Virus record (IMG/VR): IMGVR_UViG_3300009285_000030
DNA: 38,390 bases
DNA from: a virus
Direction: 5' to 3' (one strand)
Positions 26,175-33,181 of the stretch are shown piece by piece. Made by a program: the position numbers and the translations under genes. Under the pieces are notes generated by a model, which saw only the letters and a program-made list of their open reading frames with translations, did no database searches and was not told the DNA's origin. Each line of letters begins with the position of its first letter. The first letter of the stretch is position 1.

Positions 26175-26600
26175 ATGAATAAATTTAGAACTATCTATGC
26201 TCTAAGGTGGCAAGTACTTGAGAGAGATAATTTTACCTGTCAATACTGTGGTCAGCATGCCCCGAATGTGCAACTCGAGGTTGACCACGTTATACCTGTT
26301 TCAGAAGGCGGAGACAATAGCCTGGATAATCTAAAGACCTCATGTTATGCCTGTAACCGAGGGAAGTCAGGTTTAAGCATCATAAGAAAACGTAGAGGCA
26401 CAGTTAATAAAACCCGCATTATAGCACCGGCTAGAGACAGCATGATGAGACTGGTTACATCCAATCAAGAGATAACAGCCAAATACATTGCGGAGAGGCT
26501 AAATATTAAAACAGCTCACGCCAGGATTTTAATACACAGGGCCCTTAAACATAACTTATTGAAACGTACCAAAGTAGGCCGCTATATCCTCAACCAATGA
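26175..26600 (+). CDS. HNH endonuclease with a C-terminal wHTH-like tail (141 aa)
   Basis: The HNH motif is CQYCG...EVDHVIPVSEGGDNSLDNLKTSCYACNRGK. The ATG at 26175 follows AAGGAGAG. Confidence 0.85.
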   Translation: MNKFRTIYALRWQVLERDNFTCQYCGQHAPNVQLEVDHVIPVSEGGDNSLDNLKTSCYACNRGKSGLSIIRKRRGTVNKTRIIAPARDSMMRLVTSNQEITAKYIAERLNIKTAHARILIHRALKHNLLKRTKVGRYILNQ

Positions 26601-26692
26601 GCCAAAGCGTGGTTCGCACTATTTGAGATAGAGGCACGGGAAACAGGCGTAAAATAAATACAGTTATTGTAAAGTAAAATGGTCAAAACCAC

Positions 26693-26722
26693 TTGACAAG
26701 GTAAAACAAGATAGAGTAAGAT
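26693..26722 (+). promoter_or_regulatory. Candidate promoter TTGACA-N18-TAAGAT
   Basis: It shares the 14-nt AAACCACTTGACAA with the promoter at 31855. Confidence 0.5.
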
Positions 26723-26754
26723 TAGACAGGATTAAATAGAAAGGAGGCACCCAG

Positions 26755-27462
26755 ATGACAGACAAAGCAAGAGAATTGTCGAAACAACTCCAAGTACTAG
26801 CTAACCAGATAATAACAGACACAGACAAGCTAGACCAGTTCTCAAAGAAGTGGAATAACGGCTTCCACGATTACAGCTTTGGGAATACAATATTGATATG
26901 GTTTCAGAAGCCAGATGCTACGCTATGCGCCGGGTATCACGATTGGTTGGCAAAGCACAAGCGGTATGTCAAGAAGGGGGAGCACGGCATATCAATACTA
27001 GCTCCCATGTTTATTAAGAGAGCAGAAGAGAATGACGCCGGGGAAGTGGAAGAGCGGGAAGTTAGATTTTTCCGGGCAGTTACTACCTTTGACGTGAGCC
27101 AGACAGACGGCGAACCGTTAGAGCTAGGACAAAGCGACAATCAAAGAGGACAGGGGAAGTTAGCACTCAATAAAAGGATAGGAGAGAGGAAAATGGACTA
27201 TACAAAGGGAGATTGGAAAGTAGAAGAGAATAGTTTACTGAGAACTCGCCCTTATATGATTAGAGCAGGGAATCAAGTGATAGCAAATGTTGACTCAGAA
27301 GCCAATGCCCGGCTAATATCCCAAGCCCCTAGAATGTATGAGGCGCTGAAACAGATACGTCAAGATATAAACTGGATGCTTAATAACCATAAATTTCTCA
27401 ACCCTTCTAGCTTTGAATATCTTGATAAAGCTCTATTTTTATCTGAAGTGGAGGGTGAGTAA
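26755..27462 (+). CDS. ArdC-N-like (DUF1738) ssDNA-binding domain fused to an unrelated C-terminal module (235 aa)
   Basis: YSFGNTILIWFQKPDATLCAGYHDWLAKHKRYVKKGEHGISILAPM matches the ArdC N-domain pattern. The RBS is AAAGGAGG. Confidence 0.65.
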   Translation: MTDKARELSKQLQVLANQIITDTDKLDQFSKKWNNGFHDYSFGNTILIWFQKPDATLCAGYHDWLAKHKRYVKKGEHGISILAPMFIKRAEENDAGEVEEREVRFFRAVTTFDVSQTDGEPLELGQSDNQRGQGKLALNKRIGERKMDYTKGDWKVEENSLLRTRPYMIRAGNQVIANVDSEANARLISQAPRMYEALKQIRQDINWMLNNHKFLNPSSFEYLDKALFLSEVEGE

Positions 27463-27463
27463 A

Positions 27464-27595
27464 ATGACGACTGATAAAAGACCCTTATGCTGTGGCAAGC
27501 CTATGATGAAAGCCGGTAAAGCTTGGAGCGGAACGAATAAGGTTCAGGCTTACAAGTGCAACCAATGCGGTAGGAAAACCACGAAACAAGGCTAA
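27464..27595 (+). CDS. Small zinc-ribbon protein (43 aa)
   Basis: The sequence is MTTDKRPLCCGKPMMKAGKAWSGTNKVQAYKCNQCGRKTTKQG. GAGGGTGAG lies upstream. Confidence 0.5.
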   Translation: MTTDKRPLCCGKPMMKAGKAWSGTNKVQAYKCNQCGRKTTKQG

Positions 27596-28857
27596 TTCTC
27601 TGGCGCATCCAGTGTTAGAAGGCCGTACGCTTTACCAACCTTAGTGACCTTGCCTCGCTTCTGCAACCTGGTTAGAGCCACCCGGCAACTATTAACAGAT
27701 ACTTCAAGCGATTCAGCAATATCCTTAACTTCCAGAGCGCCGGTCTTTAGCACATCTAATATCCTCGCTTGAGTGTTTAACTTCTCACTGAACTCTGAAA
27801 CTGATACAGGCTCACGCTCAATAGACATCGAGCCGTCATTCTTAAAATCAATACGGAAGCCCATTGGTGGTGACTTCCTTGCTAGGTTACATTCCCGGTG
27901 GAACAATGCCAGGTGCTTTGTGTTACCGCCCTCATCCTCAGAGTGGCACAGTTCAAAGATGTTCCTGGCATAGTAGGTAAAAATCGTGGAACCGTAAATC
28001 GTTTTCTTGTGTGCTTTCTGCTGGTCCTGTACCTTGCTGGTCTGCGCTATTATCAGGCTGGTTGTTTTTAGTTTCCTTAGTGCTGTATTAAACCTCAAAG
28101 CTGATTGGCTCCCCTTCAACTCACTGTCCTCGCCGCCAGCTGCTGCTGCCAAACTGTCTATTATCAGCAATTCAGCCCCGGTTCTTTCAATCTCTTTCTC
28201 GATTGCCTCGATGTCCTCAGCCAGCGGTAGGGTACAGCGCTTGTAGTTCAAAGCAAATGCTGGTATATCCATCCCCTTATGCAACCTTGCTAAGTAGAAA
28301 TTGAATGTCTCCCGGTCTGTCTCCCAGTCCAGCACCAGTGACTTGATGCTGCGGTTCGCTGGTTCCAGTTCAAGCGCATTGTCTAACCAGGGCAGAAACA
28401 CGATAGCACCACAGACATAGGCTACTGTAGTCTTATTAACGCCCTTCTCCCCGAAGATGATATTGCTCATCCCTTTAATTATTACCGGTTTAAGTAAAAA
28501 CTCTGGTGCCACAATCTCATCGGAAGCCCAGACCTCTTCGGCTCCCTCAGTCGCCCGGGCCAACTCCTGCACCTTGTAGCCGAGATAATCAAACAGCTCA
28601 ATCCAGTTGAATGTACTGGCTAGCTTTGTCTGCATCTGCCTGGCGTACTTCACGCGGGTTGGCTCCGAGGAAAAGTTAAATTGCGTTGAGGGAAGAAGGA
28701 TAATCGGCTTCTGCTTGTTATTGTTGCTGATGAATAGGTCGCCCGTCACCCGGCCATCAGTATGGGTTTGGAGACGGCTCACCTTAATAACAAGATGTTC
28801 CTTCTCCCATTCAAAGAGATAACCACCAATCTGAGGCGTTATTATAGGCTCAGGCAT
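27592..28857 (-). CDS. RecA-superfamily (AAA_25/RepA/DnaB-C-like) ATPase with a C-terminal wHTH (421 aa)
   Basis: It has a Walker A-like motif (GEKGVNKTT) and Walker B (ELLIIDSL). The C-terminal wHTH is ILDVLKTGALEVKDIAESLEVSVNSCRVALTRLQKRGKV. Confidence 0.65.
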   Translation of the reverse strand: MPEPIITPQIGGYLFEWEKEHLVIKVSRLQTHTDGRVTGDLFISNNNKQKPIILLPSTQFNFSSEPTRVKYARQMQTKLASTFNWIELFDYLGYKVQELARATEGAEEVWASDEIVAPEFLLKPVIIKGMSNIIFGEKGVNKTTVAYVCGAIVFLPWLDNALELEPANRSIKSLVLDWETDRETFNFYLARLHKGMDIPAFALNYKRCTLPLAEDIEAIEKEIERTGAELLIIDSLAAAAGGEDSELKGSQSALRFNTALRKLKTTSLIIAQTSKVQDQQKAHKKTIYGSTIFTYYARNIFELCHSEDEGGNTKHLALFHRECNLARKSPPMGFRIDFKNDGSMSIEREPVSVSEFSEKLNTQARILDVLKTGALEVKDIAESLEVSVNSCRVALTRLQKRGKVTKVGKAYGLLTLDAPEN

Positions 28858-28871
28858 AGGCTAATAATCTC

Positions 28872-29453
28872 CTAGCTTGTCGGTAGTCCTTTGTATGTTG
28901 GTGGCTTTGTCTTAGGCTTGGGTTTTGGTTCATACTGGTGGAAGTGCCGGTGAATTATCTCCCGGGGGGCAGCGCTTTCATTCGTGGATGCTTGCTCAAT
29001 GAGACTATCATCACCTGGGTCTGGCCACCCGTGATACTGGCACAACGCCCGGTAGTGAGAGTAGGAAACAGGGTAATCTATATCGGAAGGGACTAGCGGG
29101 TGAAAGTGGTCTATTTCAGGATGATTATACTCGCTACATTCACAGAAAAGAAAGGCATGAGGGATAGTCTTACTCTCTTTATTCACGAAGGGTAGCAAGC
29201 CAGTTCCCTTGCAAATAGGGCACTTTGGCTTGGGTGTTTCCTGACTGACAGGGTGTGTCCAGTTCTCAAAAAGCTCTCTTAGAGTTTCCCCACATCTTTC
29301 TCTTACCCACCATTGCCGTTTATCGTCATCCCAGGCGCGGTCACGCTTCTCAATGGCATCCTTAAATACTTCAAGGAAATCAGGGTCATAGGGGAACTGA
29401 ATAAACCACCCTTGCCTGTATCCTAAGCATGGAGTGCATTTTGTGAGTTTCAT
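28872..29453 (-). CDS. Cys/His-rich hypothetical protein (193 aa)
   Basis: It contains a CPICKGTG knuckle, CECSEYNHPEIDHFH, and a KPKPKPKTKP tail. Confidence 0.5.
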   Translation of the reverse strand: MKLTKCTPCLGYRQGWFIQFPYDPDFLEVFKDAIEKRDRAWDDDKRQWWVRERCGETLRELFENWTHPVSQETPKPKCPICKGTGLLPFVNKESKTIPHAFLFCECSEYNHPEIDHFHPLVPSDIDYPVSYSHYRALCQYHGWPDPGDDSLIEQASTNESAAPREIIHRHFHQYEPKPKPKTKPPTYKGLPTS

Positions 29454-29513
29454 TTTGCCATAACCTCAGCCAGACTTCTCATCTTCATACCTTTACTCCA
29501 ATCTCAGTCCCCT

Positions 29514-29545
29514 TTCTAAAGAGACAGGTTCATTACGCTTTGAGA
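29514..29545. repeat. 32-bp cassette boundary B1, an exact inverted copy of 37187..37218
   Basis: On the minus strand it reads TCTCAAAGCGTAATGAACCTGTCTCTTTAGAA. It covers the last 3 codons and stop of the SPPY methyltransferase plus 19 nt beyond. Confidence 0.95.
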
Positions 29546-30762
29546 AAAACTAGCACATCTTCATACTTTAGCTCTGGCGCATCAGGGTATTTCTGCTTAT
29601 AGATTATCCGCCAGAATGATTGGGCAGGTAGTTCCCGATACCAGCGTTCCTTGAAAGTAAATCCCGCTTGCTCACAGAGTTTAATCGTATCTAGGTCTAG
29701 CCTGATTTCTTTTTGGTCCCGGATAAAGTTCTTGGTGACTAATATCATCAAGCCTTGTGGCTTCAGAACTTTGTGGCATTGCTGATAGACTTGAAGCATC
29801 GCTGAAAGATAGGAGTCTGATTTTAGATTGCCTATATTTTCTTGAGATTTGATATAATCCTCCCCTTGCGGAACTCCAAGCATCTTACCACCACTACTTT
29901 GCTCACCACCTAGTAACCTACCCTCTAAACTTTTTGACCATTCACCACTTCCTTTATGTACTTGATTCTCGTATGGCGGGCTGGTGATTATGCTGTCAAC
30001 CGAATAGCCCATTTTGCCTTTTCGTCTATCTTCTAATATACTTTCCCTCGTCTCTCCTGATTGAAATCTTTTAATCCCATCCCAATTTTCGTTGTGTGGG
30101 TCTATACTTCCCTCATACGGTGGTGAGGTTATAATCTTGTCTATCTGACCATAGGGGAGATTGCCTACTTGCCCGGCGCCGGCACCGTAACCATTAGTCG
30201 GATGTTTATGAACGCCTTTAGTAGTGCGTCCATCTATCCGCCCGTGATTCATTGCCCGCCATTCTGATTCGGTATATCGTTTGCCTTGCCATTCAATATA
30301 ACCTTTTGTTTCTAGTTGCTCTAAAACCCATCGCTGAAAATCAGCCCTTCCAGTTTGCCAATCGCCGACACCAGTTTCTGCGTAAGGTGGGCTAAACACG
30401 CACTTATCTACCCGTATTCTCTCAAGGTTTCTGGCATCCCCCTGTATTATCTGGCAAGCCCCCATAGTAGAGCCTAACTGCGGTTTCATTCTGGCCTGTC
30501 CCCAGTTATCCCGCATCATCTTACAAAACTTCTCTTCAAGCTCTACCAAAATAACATTCCTGCCAAGCCCGCAAGCCAGCATCGTTGTCCCGCTTCCAGC
30601 CATCGGGTCAAGGATTGTCTCACCTGCTTCCGTGTAATGTTCTACTATCCAGATTAAAAACTGGGCATCCATCTTAGCAGGGTGGGCAAAGCTGTTTGGC
30701 ACAAAGAACTGCTTACGAAAACTGGTGTCTCTTTTGAATGTGATTATCTGATTAAAGTCCAT
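29533..30762 (-). CDS. N4/N6-type DNA methyltransferase with motif I first and three SPPY motifs (409 aa)
   Basis: Motif I is HPAKMDAQFL...ILDPMAGSGTT. SPPY occurs at aa 124, 213 and 261 (nt 30382..30393, 30115..30126, 29971..29982). Confidence 0.8.
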   Translation of the reverse strand: MDFNQIITFKRDTSFRKQFFVPNSFAHPAKMDAQFLIWIVEHYTEAGETILDPMAGSGTTMLACGLGRNVILVELEEKFCKMMRDNWGQARMKPQLGSTMGACQIIQGDARNLERIRVDKCVFSPPYAETGVGDWQTGRADFQRWVLEQLETKGYIEWQGKRYTESEWRAMNHGRIDGRTTKGVHKHPTNGYGAGAGQVGNLPYGQIDKIITSPPYEGSIDPHNENWDGIKRFQSGETRESILEDRRKGKMGYSVDSIITSPPYENQVHKGSGEWSKSLEGRLLGGEQSSGGKMLGVPQGEDYIKSQENIGNLKSDSYLSAMLQVYQQCHKVLKPQGLMILVTKNFIRDQKEIRLDLDTIKLCEQAGFTFKERWYRELPAQSFWRIIYKQKYPDAPELKYEDVLVFLKA

Positions 30763-30772
30763 AGATTAAACC
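30744..30772. repeat. 29-bp cassette boundary A1, an exact inverted copy of 36410..36438
   Basis: On the minus strand it reads GGTTTAATCTATGGACTTTAATCAGATAA. It carries the stop of the PF07505 gene plus the RBS, ATG and first 6 codons of the methyltransferase. Confidence 0.95.
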
Positions 30773-31458
30773 CTCGGAAACTCCTGCCTTAACTTCCAAC
30801 CAGCCCATTGACATACCAGAAGTGGCTTCAAATTATTCTTCATAAAAACTGGGATGTTAATAGGATTATCGCAAGCAACAAGGATTTCCTGTATCCAACC
30901 TATCTTAGGCATTGTGGCTTTCTTGACTGGCGTTTGCTGCCCGATGATTACCCAACCTATACCACCATCAAAAAGTCTAGCTTGAATTAGCGGAGACTTG
31001 GCTTTAAAATGTAGCAACGGTTCAAAACTGATAAACTTGACTGATGCCTCAATTTCTGCCAATTTATCGCAACCTTTAGTAAACATCTCATAATTCGTAG
31101 CACTTACCCCTACCCAGCAGTTCTCTGGGAAGGGACTCCACTTGATTAGGTTCTGTGGTTGCTTGGTGAGGAAGATAAAGGTGTGTTGAGGATAAGTTTG
31201 GGCTATCATAAATATATCTTCAAGCCATTCGTGCCTTACCCAATCGCCGAATAATTCAAAAGTGCTTCCTACAAAGATTCTGGATGGCTTTTTAAGACTA
31301 GCCAGACCAGCAAAAGTGTTTGAGTCGTATCTTATCTCAGGATTCCACTTAAACCGCTTGTACATCGCTCTGGCGTAGCAATAACTACAGCCCACAGGAC
31401 ATAAGCCCTTCACCGGATTAAGAGTATAATCGCACCACTCAATTTTAGTTTTCGTCAT
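30766..31458 (-). CDS. Phage Gp37/Gp68 family (PF07505/DUF5131) three-Cys protein (230 aa)
   Basis: The N-terminus is KIEWCDYTLNPVKGLCPVGCSYCYA. Cys20-x3-Cys24-x2-Cys27 has radical-SAM spacing. Confidence 0.75.
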   Translation of the reverse strand: MTKTKIEWCDYTLNPVKGLCPVGCSYCYARAMYKRFKWNPEIRYDSNTFAGLASLKKPSRIFVGSTFELFGDWVRHEWLEDIFMIAQTYPQHTFIFLTKQPQNLIKWSPFPENCWVGVSATNYEMFTKGCDKLAEIEASVKFISFEPLLHFKAKSPLIQARLFDGGIGWVIIGQQTPVKKATMPKIGWIQEILVACDNPINIPVFMKNNLKPLLVCQWAGWKLRQEFPRV

Positions 31459-31469
31459 AGATTAAACCT

Positions 31470-31577
31470 CTACCTGAAAAGAGATGGTAGCTTATAAGTT
31501 ATTAGCCACCAAAGAATTACCCCCACACCAAGAGCAATTATGACCGCTTCAAATAGGAGCTTCAGTAAATACTTCAC
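31470..31577 (-). CDS. Mini-ORF, TM peptide (35 aa, GTG start)
   Basis: The sequence is MKYLLKLLFEAVIIALGVGVILWWLITYKLPSLFR. Its GTG overlaps the TGA of the HTH gene (GTGA). Confidence 0.4.
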   Translation of the reverse strand: MKYLLKLLFEAVIIALGVGVILWWLITYKLPSLFR

Positions 31578-31747
31578 CCTGTTACCCTAGCCTCAATAGT
31601 TTGTAAGGCTTTTTTCACAGCTCGCTCTACAATCTTTGGGTGTTTAATATGGAGTACCCGGGCCAATGAACTGTAAGATTTATATCTGCCAGTTTTCCAC
31701 AACTCTACGATACGATTGTTCAGTTCTTTGTTTTCTTTTCCTCTCAT
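31574..31747 (-). CDS. Small HTH protein, repressor-like, apparently leaderless (57 aa)
   Basis: The sequence is MRGKENKELNNRIVELWKTGRYKSYSSLARVLHIKHPKIVERAVKKALQTIEARVTG. There is no SD, and a consensus-like promoter ends 7 nt upstream of the ATG. Confidence 0.55.
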   Translation of the reverse strand: MRGKENKELNNRIVELWKTGRYKSYSSLARVLHIKHPKIVERAVKKALQTIEARVTG

Positions 31748-31754
31748 AAATACA

Positions 31755-31783
31755 ATGATATACCCGAAAGAGTATCCTGTCAA
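31755..31783 (-). promoter_or_regulatory. Leftward promoter TTGACA-N17-TATCAT, positioned to give a leaderless transcript
   Basis: The -35 is at 31778..31783 and the -10 at 31755..31760. The ATG is at 31747. Confidence 0.6.
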
Positions 31784-31789
31784 GGGCTT

Positions 31790-31816
31790 TAGACAACTGC
31801 TTAAAAATGTTATAAT
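31790..31816 (+). promoter_or_regulatory. Rightward candidate promoter with an extended -10
   Basis: The sequence is TAGACA-N15-(TGt)TATAAT. Confidence 0.4.
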
Positions 31817-31854
31817 AATTTTTATTTTAAGCGTAAAATAGTTGTCCAAACCAC

Positions 31855-31883
31855 TTGACAACCAAAAACAGGCGTGATATACT
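31855..31883 (+). promoter_or_regulatory. Rightward promoter TTGACA-N17-TATACT with a TG extension
   Basis: The hexamers are near consensus, and it is preceded by the shared AAACCAC. Confidence 0.65.
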
Positions 31884-31905
31884 CTTACCAGAACCTTAAC
31901 AACTG

Positions 31906-31921
31906 AATACTGCCGGGCAGA
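31906..31921. repeat. 16-bp inverted repeat, left arm (pairs with 32295..32310)
   Basis: AATACTGCCGGGCAGA lies immediately 5' of the RBS of 31937..32284. Confidence 0.9.
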
Positions 31922-31936
31922 GAAGGAGAACTTACT

Positions 31937-32284
31937 TTGACAGAACAGACTCATAACGAAAGCTCACTCTTGGATAGATTTGAGAAGGTTAGAGATGGTC
32001 TGTGGGGACAGCCAGGTTTTCAAAGACGGAATAGCACGATAGTCTCTTTGGGCTTCTCACTTATTCCCCAAGCTACTTGGATTGTCGAGACGATTAAAAC
32101 AGATGATTCTCTAGCCATATTCCTACAAGCCATTGATAAAGACGGCGGGCAACGGATAGTCCTACCACGAAAGGTATGTGAGGCTATCTACAACCAGCAC
32201 GAAAGGATAACCAAAGTCCGCCGACAAGTTAGGGCACAAAGAGGTGCGGAAACAAGACGGATGAAAAAGGTCGAGGCTCAGTAA
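31937..32284 (+). CDS. First rightward early protein with a basic C-terminus (115 aa, TTG start)
   Basis: GAAGGAGA lies 7 nt upstream of the TTG. Confidence 0.6.
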   Translation: MTEQTHNESSLLDRFEKVRDGLWGQPGFQRRNSTIVSLGFSLIPQATWIVETIKTDDSLAIFLQAIDKDGGQRIVLPRKVCEAIYNQHERITKVRRQVRAQRGAETRRMKKVEAQ

Positions 32285-32294
32285 AATAAAACAG

Positions 32295-32310
32295 TCTGCC
32301 CGGCAGTATT
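32295..32310. repeat. 16-bp inverted repeat, right arm
   Basis: TCTGCCCGGCAGTATT lies 10 nt after the stop of 31937..32284. Confidence 0.9.
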
Positions 32311-32344
32311 GAGAGGTTAAAATAAACTAAGAGGGTAAGAGAAG

Positions 32345-32491
32345 ATGAAAAATAAACTCAAAGAAAGGAAGATAGTTCAATGGGCTAATCGCCGTCTTTG
32401 CAATAGACCCTTTTCATGTCTCTTTGAGGATGACGATAAGCGATGCACAAAGTATGGAAGGTGTAGTTGGAAAAGTGATAAAGGAATTTAA
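32345..32491 (+). CDS. Mini-protein (48 aa)
   Basis: The sequence begins MKNKLKERKIVQWANRRLCNRPFSCLFEDDDKRCTKYGRCSW. A purine-rich RBS is present. Confidence 0.45.
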   Translation: MKNKLKERKIVQWANRRLCNRPFSCLFEDDDKRCTKYGRCSWKSDKGI

Positions 32492-32515
32492 TAAACCAAA
32501 GGAAGGTGAAGTAAA

Positions 32516-32674
32516 ATGACACCCGAAGAGGAAATGAAAGCAATCAGAATAGTGGTTAGAGAGATGAAGAGACTAGCAGGAGAGGCGTTTTATGATGTTG
32601 AACTAGAGGAAACTTTAACCACCCCAGAACTTGAGGAAGTAATCCTGGGAAAAGATAACTGGGAACTGAACTAA
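32516..32674 (+). CDS. Acidic mini-protein (52 aa)
   Basis: It has a GGAAGGTGAAG RBS and no internal stops. Confidence 0.5.
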   Translation: MTPEEEMKAIRIVVREMKRLAGEAFYDVELEETLTTPELEEVILGKDNWELN

Positions 32675-32684
32675 GGAAGTCACT

Positions 32685-32864
32685 ATGACGACTCAAACAA
32701 AGCAATGTATCTTCTCACCCTATGAGTACCCCTGCGATAAGACCGACTGCCGGGGCTGTCCAATTATGACAGAGTTCCAAGCTAAGGCAAATGAAGAGAT
32801 TATAGAGAACTTGAAGAGCTACTGGGCCAACCTTAACGCTGGCTCGGCAGATTGGAGGGGATAA
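32685..32864 (+). CDS. Cys-containing mini-protein (59 aa)
   Basis: The sequence begins MTTQTKQCIFSPYEYPCDKTDCRGCPIM. Its stop overlaps the next ATG (TAATG). Confidence 0.5.
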   Translation: MTTQTKQCIFSPYEYPCDKTDCRGCPIMTEFQAKANEEIIENLKSYWANLNAGSADWRG

Positions 32865-33070
32865 TGTCATATTTCAGGCCGTTAAAGATATTGGGAGAGC
32901 AGGAAATCATTGAGGCACTCGGTCATAATAGCCTGACACCGAAGCAGATGGAAGAAGCTATGACCATAGCCGAGAAGCAGCGGAACAAGGACTTCAGAGA
33001 GGTAATGGCTGACTTCGGAGAGGCAGCCTGTCAGTGGGCAAGGGATAATGGTTGGACTGAGCCTTCATAG
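32864..33070 (+). CDS. Hypothetical protein (68 aa; ATG start preferred over the upstream TTG)
   Basis: It is coupled to the upstream ORF by a TAATG overlap. Confidence 0.55.
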   Translation: MSYFRPLKILGEQEIIEALGHNSLTPKQMEEAMTIAEKQRNKDFREVMADFGEAACQWARDNGWTEPS

Positions 33071-33181
33071 CAGGTCTAAGGTTGCTAGTGCCTTAAATAA
33101 AAACCTGGAATTAAATAAAAGTAAGGTAGTGGGACAGAAAGTAGGACTAGGGATACTAGCTACCCTAGTTAAAGGAGCGAG

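Noticed and set aside
31748-31954. An N-terminal extension of the HTH ORF (126-aa version in the track).
   Set aside because: The extension is antisense to the AT-rich promoter region, reads as junk-like hydrophobic sequence and would overlap the divergent gene's start. The internal ATG at 31747 sits exactly downstream of a consensus promoter.
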